From: Camelus ferus
Taxonomy: Eukaryota
Direction of reading: 5' to 3'
Assembly: GCF_009834535.1 (NCBI RefSeq)
Contig: NC_045696.1
Location: 110,300,001 to 110,364,000 of the forward strand
DNA length: 64,000 nucleotides
The notes under the pieces: generated by a model
What the model was told of the DNA's origin: nothing
Seen by the model: the letters and a program-made list of their open reading frames with translations, nothing else
The model's database searches: none
Program-made: the position numbers and the translations under genes
Shown here: positions 1 through 12,680 of the stretch, piece after piece
Position numbering within the stretch: position 1 is the stretch's first letter
Layout: each line of letters starts with the position of its first letter

Positions 1-261
1 GAATGCTGGTAAGGCTGTTGAAACGTATCACCAGTTTGCCCTTCAGAGGCATGGAACCAAGAAATGATCTGGTTAAAATTAGACTTGGATGTGGATATGT
101 TTAGTATTCCGGAAATTCATTTTAAAATCAACCTGTGAATAGTTAAATCTAGAAAATCCAAGAAGTCATTTAATCGCACCCTCATCTTGAATCTCCAGTC
201 AACTCCCCGTATCCACCCCAAGCTGGAAATAACCATCCAGTTTTTGAATCCATTGCTCTCA

Positions 262-425
262 TGCTGGAGTCCAAAGATGTACCCCCAAGGAGCTCGTGAA
301 CCCCTGAATATTATAGGCCAATTGAGTGTGAGTCGGCAAATGTGTGGAGATTTCTTCCTAGAGAAGGTATTCATATCTTTAGCAAATTCTCAAAGGGGTT
401 TATGACTCAGAAAACACAAAGAACT
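262..425. mobile_element. hAT-Charlie MITE fossil (Charlie4z-like)
   Basis: gtgaacccctgaa...ttctcaaaggggtttatgactcagaaaa resembles the recalled Charlie4z 3' half; degenerate. Confidence 0.45.
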
Positions 426-1884
426 TTACCTTTATAGGGGATATAAACAACTAGCCATAATCTCAAATTCCCTGTAATTACGGCGGGGGGTGGGAGGATA
501 GGTTAGGTTTCAAAGAATTTCTGTCTTTGAACCGCAGGCTACATGAAAACTAAAATAAACACGAGCCAGTAATAAAACACACGATTAAACAGTGTGGGCC
601 CTATTTGGCTATATTTGCTTGCACACAAATTGAAACTTGGACAGCAGATTAGCAAAGTAACCATGTTTTATGACCTTGTGGTCTTTATGAAGCACAGTAC
701 ATTTGCTCTTCCACTATTGCAGAAAGCATCCTTCTCAAACCAATAATTCAAAGCTACAGGCCTTTTTCTCGTTTTACCTCTAACTCAGACTAATTACAAA
801 GAAATGAATATTTTATCATCTTTCTTATGATAACCTAAGGCTATTGAATTTTGGAGTCAGAGCCATTATTTAATACCATCATTAATATATACTATTAAAA
901 TGACTTTCTTCGCCCATAAAAATGCACATGAGTATTTGATAAAATTTTATGATATTTAAACTATGAAATATGATTTCTTCCCAAGAACCAGCCACATTGG
1001 GACCCAATTAAAAAGAGCAAATCCCTTATCGTCACATTGCTTAGGATTTCACACTCTCTTCCTTATGGTTACTTTTTAATTAGTTTGTACCAAAGTTGAA
1101 ACTTGGCCTGGATGCCTTCTTCTCCGTTTGTCTGGGGAAAACCACTCAGCCTCATCTCTGTGCAGTACAATAGTACCCTTGGGTGTTGCACAAAACCACA
1201 AATGTCCTTCAACCAAATGTCAGGGCAATGCATTGTCACGGAGCGTCTTCCTCCCGGTGCTGATGAGAACACTCTGAGGATTAGGCTGCTGTGTCCCACA
1301 TGGAGTGATCTGTTCCACCTTGTGCCTTTAATAAGCCCTCAGCAGCTTGGATAAAGGCAGACAACCTTCTACAAAACAAGAGGAGAGAAATAACAACAAT
1401 TATGCAAGTATATGGAAAAATTTCCCCTTTAAGCCTAGCAAGTCAAATAGCTCAGAGGCATTCATCTATCGCAAAGTGTGCTTCTAAGCCTCATCTGTCA
1501 CGTGAAAGGGCACGTAATTTTGTGGGTGATGGCAACTATACGATCCTATCAGTTTGGGTCCCATTTCATCAGCCATGTTGGTTGCCAATGGAAAACAGTT
1601 TCTTTAGGCTCTTTACCTTCTCTGAGTTGCACACTCTCCCCACCCGCCTCTCCACAGGGTTTCTTCGTAGAGATGCTTTTAAATGATAATGAAGACCGAG
1701 AAAAAGTCACTTGACCGGTATGTTATTCTAAGGATAAAAAGATTTCTTTAAAGAGAAATACTAGTGGAAGGCTTGTCTACTGTTTCTAATTCACACCCCA
1801 ATCAAAGAGATCTCTTTACTCTTCAACAGAAAAATGATTACACTGATGTGTTTCTGCTTTAACGGTTAGAATTTATTTATTTAG

Positions 1885-2350
1885 TTTGTGCCCTTTACAA
1901 TGTTAAGCGCTTAATGTACCTTGGGTTATTAAGGCTATTACAACTTCCTTGGGAGATAGATGTTGCTGTGTATTACCAATGAGAGCGCTAAGCCTCTGGG
2001 AGGATAAGGAACAGCCCCAGGTGTGCCCAGGAAGTACCTGATCTTGAATTTAAACTTGGATCTTCTTTTTTCCAGATTTGTATATACTAACTACTGTATA
2101 TAAAATAGATGAACAATGTTTCTACTAGCACAGGGAACTATATTCAATATCTTGTAGTAATCTATAACGAAAAAGAATATGAAAAGGAATATATGTATGT
2201 ATACGTATGACTGAAACATTATGCTGTACACCAGAAACTGACACAGCATTTTAAACTGACTATACTTCAAAATAGGAAAAAATAGAAAAAAAAAAAAAAA
2301 ACAAAAACACTGGATCTTCTTGACATTTGAGACTGTTCCCTTAACTACAG
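1885..2350 (-). mobile_element. MIR SINE split by an L1 insertion
   Basis: Degenerate antisense MIR core at ~1885-2067, resuming at ~2322-2350 after the L1. Confidence 0.55.
2068..2310 (+). mobile_element. Camelid-type L1 3' end, 5'-truncated
   Basis: L1 3'UTR (gcacagggaactatattcaatatcttgtag...tgactgaaacattatgctgtacaccagaaactgacac), poly(A) tail, TSD tggatcttctt at 2057-2067 and 2311-2321. Confidence 0.93.
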
Positions 2351-2480
2351 CTGTTTCGTACTGTTTTAAATCTGAACTCCTCTCTGGAATTAACTTCTTG
2401 CGAGGGCAGTGAACTGACAATTACATCATGCAGTAAAATGAATCCTTTAAAAGGTCCTAGATACAATGTTATGTAGGAAA

Positions 2481-3079
2481 TGTGTCTGTCAGGAGCCAAT
2501 CAGGGAAGCAGAACCATTATTAAGGATGTGGAAGAAACTCATTCATGAGAATTTGGGCTTATGCAGCTGTGGGAACTGGTAAGAAGTCTATGGAAGTTGG
2601 TCTCTGCACCTGGTGGTGGACCTGGAGTACGTGCAGGCCAGCAGGGCTGATGGCGGGGAAGGAAGACTGGATGTGAAGCCAGAGAGAAGGACAAACTCAA
2701 ATTTACATCTGTCTCTCACCACTTCCAACCCTGATGGTGTAGTGATCTGCAGAAAATGCTGGTTGCCTTCACTGCTTTGCTGGCCATGCACCCGACCTGG
2801 GACTTGTAGGTACTGAAGGAGGGGATCTGGTGTTGCCGGAGCAGCTGCAGAGCTGGCTGCGAAGCCACAACACCACAGTGAGGCAGCAGATTAGGGACCA
2901 TGTGCGCAGGCTGTAGTGGTATACGGTGACCTTCACTGACCTTGCTGCTTCACTTCCGCCTTCCAAATCTCATGCAAATTTCTCTTGTGGCTAATCCTAA
3001 CCCAGAGCCATGTGGTGAAGAGGATTTGGCAAAATAAAATTCTAGCTTAGTTAAGTTGACACAGTACAAAACTACCACA
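2481..3079 (-). mobile_element. ERVL solo LTR (MLT2F-like)
   Basis: TG...CA ends; right end cttagttaagttgacacagtacaaaactaccaca matches the antisense MLT2 terminus. Confidence 0.75.
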
Positions 3080-3337
3080 AGGAATTTTGAGGGGTTGTGT
3101 GATTGGTGACTTCTATTTGGCACACTTCTACATGGCCAAGTCACCTTTCTTTACCCAGAATACTTCTTCTCCCCTTGCCTTTTGCCAACAGACTCTGCAC
3201 CCCTGCCGACTGAATTTAAACAGCCCCTGACTTCATGGAGTTTACAGACAAGTCTAGACAGCTCTGAGAATCAAAATATTAAATCCATGCTTATGGGTAA
3301 TTTTTGAAGCAGGTTTATCATGACTGAAGTTGTTTTA

Positions 3338-3466
3338 TTAATTAATTTAATTTGGGGGGCAAGGTGATTAGGTTATTGATTTATTTATTTTAATTAAGGG
3401 AATGGGGATTGAACCCACAACCTCATGCACACTAAGCCTGTGCTCTACCACTGAGCTATACCCTTC
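3338..3466 (-). mobile_element. Vic-1-type camelid tRNA-derived SINE
   Basis: Reverse complement GAAGGGTATAGCTCAGTGGTAGAG (A box)...GGTTCAATCCCC (B box), then A-rich linker, aacctaatcacc motif and A/T tail; imperfect TSD atgactgaagttgtttta (3320-3337) / atgagtgaagtcatttta (3472-3489). Confidence 0.88.
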
Positions 3467-3666
3467 ATGCTATGAGTGAAGTCATTTTAATTACCTGGGG
3501 ATGTTAAATGCATTGCTGGTCACGATGCTGCCTGTGTTCTGGGTGAATCTCCTACTCTTGTTGTTTCCAAAAGTCGCTGATAAAGCATCCTCAAACTGCA
3601 GCCAGCTATTTGTTCAAAGGGTTGTCATAACCTAAATGATGTTTTCCTCCTGCAAAACTCTATTTT

Positions 3667-3816
3667 TTTTTTTTTTTTTTTTTTTAGTTTCCACATATGA
3701 GTGATATCATATAGTATTTTTCTTTCTCTTTCTGGCTTACTTCACTTAGAATGACATACTCCAGGGCTATCCATGTTGCTGCAAATGGCATTATTTTGTT
3801 AAAAAAATAAAATTAA

Positions 3817-3863
<47 letters not shown>

Positions 3864-3886
3864 ATTTTTAAAAGTTAAAAAAAACC
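3667..3886. mobile_element. Short 5'-inverted camelid L1 insertion
   Basis: Poly(T) plus antisense L1 3' segment (to ~3800), then sense (TAAA)n tail; TSD ctctatttt at 3658-3666 and 3887-3895. Confidence 0.85.
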
Positions 3887-4029
3887 CTCTATTTTGGAAA
3901 TATGCAATGGAATTTGTAATAAAATCTCTATGTAGGAAAAGTTTCTCTGGTTCTAAACAGGAGTTTTAAACCATGAGAATGAAACCATGAGAAACACAAA
4001 CCAGATTTGTTTTTTAAGACTCGTGTGGG

Positions 4030-4705
4030 GAACATAGAAGAGAAGGGCCAGAACAGGTGCAGGTGGATAGAGCAGGCTGACAGCTGGGAGAGTCAGGGAG
4101 TTTGGATGAGGAAGGTGTTGGTGCAAATGGAAAGAAGTAGGTAGATTTCAGAGCTATTCGAGAAATAAAAATCCATAGGATCTGGTGATAAAGCAGATTT
4201 GCAGTGAGAGAAGAAAGAGTCCCAAGGATGACTTCACGGCTCCTGGCTCTTGTGAATAGAGAAATGGATGTGCTGGTCACTGAGATACTGAACATGGGGG
4301 GTTTGTGGGGACGATCATGAGGTCATCCATGGACAATCTGAGACACTGCATTGGAGGAGCTTCTGAGACCTCCAAATGGAGATGCCAGTTGAGCAGTCTT
4401 GTATTCCAGGCCTGAAGCACAGAGGAAAAATTTGGTGGGAAGATATAAATTCAGGAGCCAAGCATGTGCAAGTGGTAATTAAAGCAATGGAAATCAAGAA
4501 ATTTTCTAAAATAGAATATAAAGTCATATCATTCAAAGATGGCTTCCATAATGAGTCCATTAAGAAAGAAAGAAAATGGAAATGGGGTAGGAAAAGTTAC
4601 TGTGTGCCCACCATTCCAGGCCCTGTTTTCAACTCTGGGGATAGAGCAGTGAAGAGAGATAATTTTGTTTATTTTTACCTGTTGGAATTAATGGAATATC
4701 TAGTT
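4030..4705 (-). mobile_element. L2 LINE fragments
   Basis: GA-rich antisense L2 signature (aaggatgactt...ccaaatggagatgccagttgagcag...gatataaattcaggag) and a 3'-end piece near 4597-4705. Confidence 0.75.
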
Positions 4706-5589
4706 GAAGCCCCCTGAAAATTCACAAATGGCTTTCAGGCAGACAGAATTACATGACCAAATACGTTGAAAGTTATTCTTGTAAATTTACTTCTTGAACA
4801 GTCCTTACAGCTTAATAGGTCTGTCCTTATTAAACCACTCCCTTTTAATATACTGTTAAAAATACATGTGCTTTCTGCCCTTATGAGCCCTGCAAGGCAG
4901 CATAAGTTTAAAGAACATGCAATGAACAGAGGGGGTGTGATTCCTGCTGAAGTCTTTTCAGCCACAACAACACAAGAGAAAATTCACCAACAGCAGAAGC
5001 AACATTTGAATGAGATGTGCATATTATCAGCATCTGATATATGCACTTAAAACCTTCTAGATACAAGACTCCGTGCTGGAAACATTTATGTATGCCATCT
5101 CATGCCCCTAAAGATGCATTGTTTTCAACCCCGTAAACAATTGAAAACATGCCATACAGTTATCTCTTTTCTATCAAGGACGTAAATGTGTGTTTTGCAA
5201 ATGAGCCAGTCACAGACATATCCCAGTCTATGAAGTCCAATGTAATTTTAAAATCAACTTTAAAAGATGAATGCAAATATAATTTCAACCAGAGGCTTAC
5301 CAGTTCTTCTCTGTGATCAATTATCCTTGAGATATAGAGAAACAGAATCACCAACTAGAAACTAGCTGCAAACTACCAAAAGGTCTTGGCTTTCCTGAGA
5401 TAAGTAAATTAACAAGTATATTCAGTCTTTTATAGAACATGAGTTTGTTCTTGGGTTGAATTTTTGGAAATCTGTATGTTACGCTCAAATCAGAGAGAGA
5501 AAGTTAACCTGCAGTACATTTTATAATGGAATGGCGAATCAAGGGTCTTCTCTCCTGTGACATCAAGAAAGGAGGTCAAGCAAGGGGCA

Positions 5590-5665
5590 TTTTTCATTTT
5601 CTTCTTTTGCTCGTCTATGCTTTATAATTTTTTGACAATGAAAATGCATTACTTTTGTAATGGTG
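5590..5665 (+). mobile_element. Ancient L1ME 3' end fragment
   Basis: ttttcattttcttcttttgc...acaatgaaaatgcattacttttgtaat. Confidence 0.5.
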
Positions 5666-6224
5666 GGGGAAGGCAAGAAAAGAACAGAACTATGGAATTT
5701 TTTTGGTAAAGTCTATTAAATATAAATATAAAGATTTGCAAAAAATGGTTACTAAAAATAAGATTGATTTTTAATGTGATAAAACAACTACAGCTATGTC
5801 ATATCTGGTCTCCTTTTGTTCATTTAAGATGAAAGAATTCTTCAGGGGGAGTTTAAGATATCAGTCTCCCTTGCTGTCAGCACTCCCTGCCTCCTCTCAA
5901 ACAGTGTTAATGAAGGTCGATTCACATTCAAGCCCATTTGGCCATTACCTGGTCTTAATGTAAAGCCTTTTGTAATTACAGGTTTTTAAAATAGCCACAA
6001 GCCTTGACAAGACTTTCTCCCAGAAGCAAATTATCTCTCCAATCCTTCCCCAAAGACCCAGAAGTCTGAATATCTGATTCACCATCTTCACGATTAATGG
6101 ATGGCAAGAAAGAGCCAAAATGTACAAAAATATACAAGACAGGCTTGGAAAAGAGCAGCTGTACAAGCAGGAATCAAATCCAGATGACTCAAAAGGGAGA
6201 TCTAAAGAGGACTGAGAGAAATAA

Positions 6225-6525
6225 CGTAGTCTTAGGAGTCAGATAGACCTGAATTTGAAGCCCAGCTTTGTCACTCGGAGTTAAGTAACCAGCAAGGATT
6301 GCTCACCTCTTTGAACCACAGTCTCTTTATTAGTGAAATGAAGCATATAACAAAGTGGTTGTACAGATTAAATGAGATGGTGTATACAGCACAGGCAGAC
6401 ACTCAACAGTTGTGCATGGAAACCTTACCCTTATGTTGGAGAGTGATTTGGGGGATTATTTGAAATAACCCATGTAAGACACATAATGCAGAGCCTGACA
6501 CCCTGTGAGTGCTCAAAATATGACA
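6225..6525 (+). mobile_element. MIR SINE plus a second MIR 3' fragment
   Basis: ggagtcagatagacctgaatttgaagcccagct...gattaaatgagat; second 3' half at ~6420-6525. Confidence 0.75.
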
Positions 6526-7169
6526 TGATGACGATTCTTCTCACTGAGTCCTCACGTCTTCACTCATCTGGAAGTGGGTAGGCTGAGCTACTGCCCACAC
6601 GGTTACAGAAGTCCAGTTTCAAAACCCAGAGTTACTGACAAATGAAGCTGGGCTGGGTCTAATAAAAATAGCAAACCCCCCAGGCAGACAGAGAGGAAAT
6701 ACGGTATCTTCATATTTCTTTTGCTTCTATTTTTCAGTCTCCACAGACTAAGGGGAGTATGTAGACAAGTGCCCAAGACCATTGTTAATGTGAGACTCAA
6801 AGTTGAACCTCGTTCGTAGGTGACTGAGCCCTACATCCTCTTTCACCTACAACTGAGGGTTCTACCAGAGCACTGTGTGTTATAAACACCGTGGAGCCCT
6901 TCATTAGGACCAAACAGAATTGAATGATAGGCATCTTCCACACTCCCCTAGAAGAGACGGAATGGGAGATATTGATGAGAATGTATTCATCTCTTCACTC
7001 ATGCAAACTTGTAACCTGCCTGCATTGAGCCAGAGTTATAGGATGGTGAGGCCTTCTAACATAAGGAGGCTGGGGAGTGACTCACAGTCTCCCCTGAGGG
7101 CTCTCTGACAATGGATGAATGGCTTCTAATATATATGGCATGGTTATTGTTGTTTGTATGTTGGAATAT

Positions 7170-7305
7170 TAAAGTTTTGGAGATGGATGGTGGTCATGGT
7201 TGCACAACGACATCAGTGTACTTAATACTCCTGAGGTGTATATTTAAAATGGCTAACATGATAACTTTCTTTATTCTGCATATTTTATAACAATTTTGAA
7301 AATTT
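7170..7305 (+). mobile_element. L1MB-type 3' end
   Basis: ggagatggatggtggtcatggttgcacaac...gtacttaat...aaaatggctaa. Confidence 0.75.
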
Positions 7306-7719
7306 AACATTTTTTTTTCTTTCTTACCTTCATACATTGCCCTTGACCTTCACATTAAAAAAAAAAAACAACAAACTGACAGAAGGCAATAGCCCTCTAC
7401 TACAATACTAAACAAATTTTACATGGAAAAATGTAGTCATTTCTCAATTACATTGGGCATGAACGTTAACCAGCATTAGAAAAATATGGGTGAAATACTT
7501 TTGTCATTCCTTGGCAATGATATCAGTAAATTTAGGTTTTGCAAGTCAAATCAGCCTCCTCTAACATGACAGAGACTAAAATGACTCCAGGCTATACAGA
7601 GAACATCGTAGCTGCTGCTCAACTGCACACCAGCCATACTTCACCAAATGTTGTTTTACTCTCATTAACAAACCAGAATTTTTAACTAATGCATTTATAT
7701 TTGTATACAACAATTAGGG

Positions 7720-9680
7720 ATATACAGAAATCTGTTGCATTTCTATATACTAACAAAAAACATCAGAAAAAGAAATTATGAAAAAAATCCCATTTACCAT
7801 TGCATCAAAAAGAGTAAAATATCCAGGAATAAACCTAACTAAGGAGGCAAAAGACCTGTATTCCAAAAACTATAAGACTCTGATGAAAGAAATTGAAGAC
7901 AGCACAAATAGATGAAAAGATATGCCATGTTTTTGGACTGGAAAAATGAATATTGTTAAAATGGCCATACTACAGATTCACTGGAATCCCTTTCAAATTA
8001 CCAATGGCATTTGTCACAACACTAGGAAAAAAATTTTTAAATTTGTATGTAAACACAAAATACCCTGAATAGCCAAAACAATCTTGAGAAAGAAGAACAG
8101 AGCTGGAGGAATCATGTTCCCTGACTTCAGACTATACTACAAAGCTGCAGTAATCAAAACAGTATGGTACTGGAACAAAAACAGACACATAGATCACTGG
8201 AATAGGATAAAAAAACCTAGAAATAAACCTATGCACTTATGGCATTAATCTACAACAAAGGAGGTAAGAATATACAATGGGGAAAAAAAAGCAGTCTCTT
8301 CAATAAATGGTTCTGGGAAAACTGGACAGCTACATGTAAAAGAATGAAACTACAACATTCTCTAGCACCATATACAAAAATTAACTCAAAATGGATTAAT
8401 GACCTAAATGTAAGACCAGATACTCTAAAACTCCTAGAAGAAAACATAAGCAGAACAGTCTTTGACATAAATCACAGCAATATTTTTTAAATCCATCTCA
8501 CAGAGTAATGGAAATAAAAGCAAAAATAAGCAAATGGGACCTAGTTAAACTTAAAAGCTCTGAACAGCAAAGGAAATCATAAACAAAATGAAAAGACAAC
8601 TTATGGAATGGGAAAAAATATTTGCAAATAATGAGACTGACCAGGGATTAATTTCCAAAGTATACTACAAACAGCTCATACAGTTTAATATAAAAGAGAA
8701 ACAAACAACCCAATCAAAAAATAAACAAAAGACCTAAACAGACATTTCTCCAAAAAAAGACATACAGATGGCCAACAGGCATATGAAAAGATATTCAACA
8801 TTGCTAATCATTAGCCAAATGCAAATCAAAACTACGATGAGGTATCACCTCACACCAGTCAGAATAGCCATCATTAAAAAGTCTACAAATAACAAATGCT
8901 GGAGAGGGTGTGGAGAAAAGGGAACCCTCCTACACTGCTAGTGGGAATGTAAATTGGTGCAGCTACTATGGAGGACAGTATGGAGGTTCCTTAAAAAACT
9001 AAAAATAGCATTGCCCTATGACCCAGCAATCCCACTCCTAGGTATGTATCAGAAGAAAACTCTAACCTGAAAAGATATATGCTCCCCAATGTTCATAGCA
9101 GCACTATTTACAATAGCCAAGACATGGAAACAACCTAAATGTCCTTTGACAGATAACTGGATAAAGAAGATGTGGTATATATATACAATGGAATACTACT
9201 CAGCCATTAAAAGGTATGAAATAACATCATTTGCAGCAACATGGATGGACCTAGAGATTATCACATTAAGTGAAGTAAGTCAGACAAAGACAAATATCAT
9301 ATATCATTTATATGTGGGATCTTAAAAAAAATGATAAAAATGGATGTATTTACAAACCAGAAATAGGCTCACAGACATAGAAAACAAGCTATGGTTCCCA
9401 AAGGGAAAAGAAGTTGGGAGGAGGGATAAATTAAGAGTTTGGGATTAACATATATACACTACTATCTATAAAATAGATAAACAACAAGGACCTGCTATAT
9501 AGCACAAGGAACTATTTTCAATATCTTGCAATAACCTATAATGGAAAAGAATCTGAAAAAGAATATATATAAGTATATGTATTTGTATAACTGAATCATT
9601 TTGCTATCCACCTAAACATAACACAACATTGTAAATCAACCATACTTCAATAATCAACAAACAAATAAATAGAAATAAGA
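7720..9680 (+). mobile_element. 5'-truncated cetartiodactyl L1 (disrupted ORF2 C-terminus plus 3'UTR)
   Basis: ORF fragments 8239-8490 ([20 protein letters not shown]...[10 protein letters not shown]) and 9089-9325 (MFIAALFTIAKTWKQPKCP) are L1 ORF2; stops and frameshifts present; 3'UTR and A-rich tail. Confidence 0.96.
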
Positions 9681-10627
9681 TAATTAAGAGAGTTTCATTT
9701 TAAATCATCCAATACAAGCAGTGATCCTCTTAGTAGTTTTTGGACATGCTACACATAACTTCTATTAACAGACTTGTTTTAAAATTTTGTCCAATCACAG
9801 GACAGAGGATTCACTGAAATTCAGATATCATCAGTGGAACAGTACACTGAAGGCACACAAGAAGGACTCAAATTTTATTTCTGCAGTGATTACTTGCTTG
9901 CCACCACCGAGGTAAGTCTCAGAACCTCTTCTCTTAACGGCTGTACTTCCTGGTGCCATTGCTTTCAACCCACTGGGCCAAGGCTACGCCCTCTACTCTG
10001 GTTTAGAGATATTAGGTTAGATTTTTAAGGGAATTATGTGGATAATAGACTAAGCAAGTCATTTTTAAGTTATTCTCTAGAAAGTCCTCTTTTCCTTCCT
10101 AAGAGCATGTAGATTTGAAAGCTGGCTCCATGGCCATTTAGTTTAACTTCTAGATTTATCGAAGTGCATAAGCTACGTTACATTTCATATAACTAGCTTT
10201 TCTTAAGTTTTACAGGAAAACAATAACCCACTGGATATGCTTAGTAGGTTTCTGGCAAGCAAAGAGATGGTCTTCATAGGCTCTGGTCTTCATAAGAAGC
10301 CCCATCCATCACAAGCACGACCGAGTCTTCCTTTTTGTGGAATCCACCCACCACCATTCACCATGGAGCTCTGGAAATTAGGCTCCAGCCCTTCCCTTTG
10401 GCATCTGTTCAGAACCAGCAGTCTCTCTTTTCAGCCCCATTTGATTCCACTCAGAAAGTCCCTGAAATCATTAGTACTGGAAAGATGAGGGTATTTTGTT
10501 AGTGCTTGGAAGACAAAAGAACCAAATCTTTCAAGTTCTTCAGGAACTGAACTTATTCTTTTTATATGCTTTGTATTGCTCCCAGATACCTCGTCCTTGG
10601 AACCATGGCACCTGTGAAATTGCTCAT

Positions 10628-10865
10628 TTAGTGTTTAGCCGCATGGACCTAGGGCCAGAATTTCTGGGTTCAAATCCTGCCTCTACAAAACTGTGTGGTG
10701 GTGAACAAGTTACTTAATGTCTTCGTACCTAGATTTCTCCAGCTATAAAGTTGGGCTAATAGTAGGACCTACCTCACAAGGCTTCTAAGGTTAAATGCAC
10801 TAATGCCTACAGAAGAGCATTTAACAAATACATGGCATATAGTAACTGCTATATAAACTATCCTT
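10628..10865 (+). mobile_element. MIR SINE
   Basis: ctgggttcaaatcctgcctct...caagttacttaa...tacctcacaagg...tggcatatagtaa. Confidence 0.85.
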
Positions 10866-10884
10866 ACTCTGCCTCATACAAACC

Positions 10885-11810
10885 CATGATTTCCTATCAG
10901 TTACCAAGTCTCCTTGATTTTGCTTTCTAAATACCTCCTAAATCCGTCCCCTTCTTCTGACTCCCAGGGTTATGGTTTGGTCCAGGAACTCATCATTTCT
11001 TGCTTGGATGACCGCAATCCAGACCAACTAGACACACCTCCCCCCTCCTATTGAACACCAGGTACATCTTTCTACAATTTAATGACATTACTCTCATGCC
11101 TCTAGTGGCTCCCCATCATTGTGGGCAAGGTTCAAACCCATGGCATGCCACCCCAGGCCATCCACACTCTGGTCCCAGTATGCTTTCCCAGTCTCATCTT
11201 AAGCTCCCCCTTCTTCCATCTCTTGTGCCCCAATCATATCAACTACTCCCATATGCCATGTTCCATCATACAGCCATGCTTTCACATACAAAGTTTTCAC
11301 TGTCTTGAATGTCAGCCCACAACACTCCTGTCTACTTCCTAAACTCCTACTTATCCTGCAAGCCCCCAACTAAAATATCCTCTTCTCCATGACACTGTTT
11401 CTGACTTCCCTGGGGCTGAATTATTTTCTTCCTCTTCTGTATCCAACAGCTCTTTCAATGTTCAGCTATTAAACAACTTATTACATTGTAATTTAGTCAC
11501 ATATCCACCAGACTATGGGCTTTCTGGGGGCAAGGCTGTATCTGTCTCATTATACATCCATTTATCCAATCATAGTAAGACTGGGGACACAATTATAAAG
11601 AAGATACACTTGGTCCCAGTCTTTGTGGAGCTTAGAATCAAGTAGTGGAGTCAGGAAGTAAATAAGAAAACCAAAAATTAAATAATTACGAAATGTTTTG
11701 AGTACCAATAAGGAATGAACATGCTTCTGTGATGGAGAAAAACAGAAAGTGACATTCCTGTATCCTCAGTGCTGACCATGGTGTCTGGCTTATGAGCCCT
11801 CATCAATGCA
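10885..11810 (+). mobile_element. L2 3' region, with an antisense L2 piece at ~11580-11750
   Basis: CT-rich L2 signature (ctcatcatttcttgcttggatgaccgcaat...cagactatgggc...ctgtatcctcagtgctgaccatggtgtctggc). Confidence 0.7.
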
Positions 11811-12119
11811 GCCAGATCAGAATAGACCACTGTGATTATTCATTTTGATTACAAGTGATTGGTTCCATTTTCAACTCTAGTCCCAAATTCTGTACAAATA
11901 TATCCCTAGAATAAGACAGAATCACTATGGCAACTATTTACTTGCTGTTGTAAAACATTCACACAGCCTGGCCTTTCAGCAACCTAGATCAGGCAAACCA
12001 CTAATGTAGAAGTTGATGGGATTTCCAGTCCTTTAAAAATGTAAGTCTGCATCAGAATCAGACAGAAACTTGTGGCTGTAAATCCTGGCCCCACATAGCA
12101 CAAGCTGTCAAGGACATTT

Positions 12120-12292
12120 GCAGTGAGTGTGACCCCTGGACCTACCGCAGTATCACCTGGGAAACTGTTAGACAGGTAAATTCTCATGCCTGCCTCAGAC
12201 CTACCAAATCAGAAACTCAGATGGAGTCTGGCAGTCTGTTTTTTAAAAAGCCTCTAGGTGATCCTGATACGTGTCAAGTTTCAGAACTACGG
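12120..12292. mobile_element. MER5A hAT-Charlie MITE
   Basis: atcacctgggaaactgttaga...cagacctaccaaatcagaaactc...ggtgatcctgat...aagtttcagaactac. Confidence 0.8.
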
Positions 12293-12439
12293 GTCTAGGG
12301 AATAAATCTCAGTCTTGCATAAATTGTCGCGCTGATTGACTCAAAGTTTCCTCCTCTTCTGATTAGGATTACAGTGAAAAGGGGCATTCCAGTTATGTCA
12401 TCCTAGGTTTCTGGCCTCATGTCTCCAAGCTCTCCGGCA

Positions 12440-12680
12440 ACCTAAGCCCATGAAAGCACCTGCCGTTTCCCCATAATGCCAGGTACTTCTGTGCCCTGAG
12501 TTATTGCCTTTGCTTGAAAAAGCAATAAATCCTACTCGCCCTTTAAGACCAAGTTCAAATGCCATCAACTCTGGGATGGCTTGTCTGGTTTCTCCTGCAG
12601 CATTAATTACTCTCTTTTTGCCATCTTATAGTACATTGGATACATTTTCCCCACAGTCTTCCTCATACCATACAGTTATT
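12440..12680 (+). mobile_element. L2 fragment
   Basis: tcctactcgccctttaagaccaagttcaaatgccatcaactct. Confidence 0.5.

Noticed and set aside
3395..3466. tRNA gene on the minus strand
   Set aside because: The tRNA-like head runs into a SINE tail with TSDs and does not close an acceptor stem; it is a SINE
7720..9680. Active L1 or reverse transcriptase gene
   Set aside because: 5'-truncated and broken by stops and frameshifts
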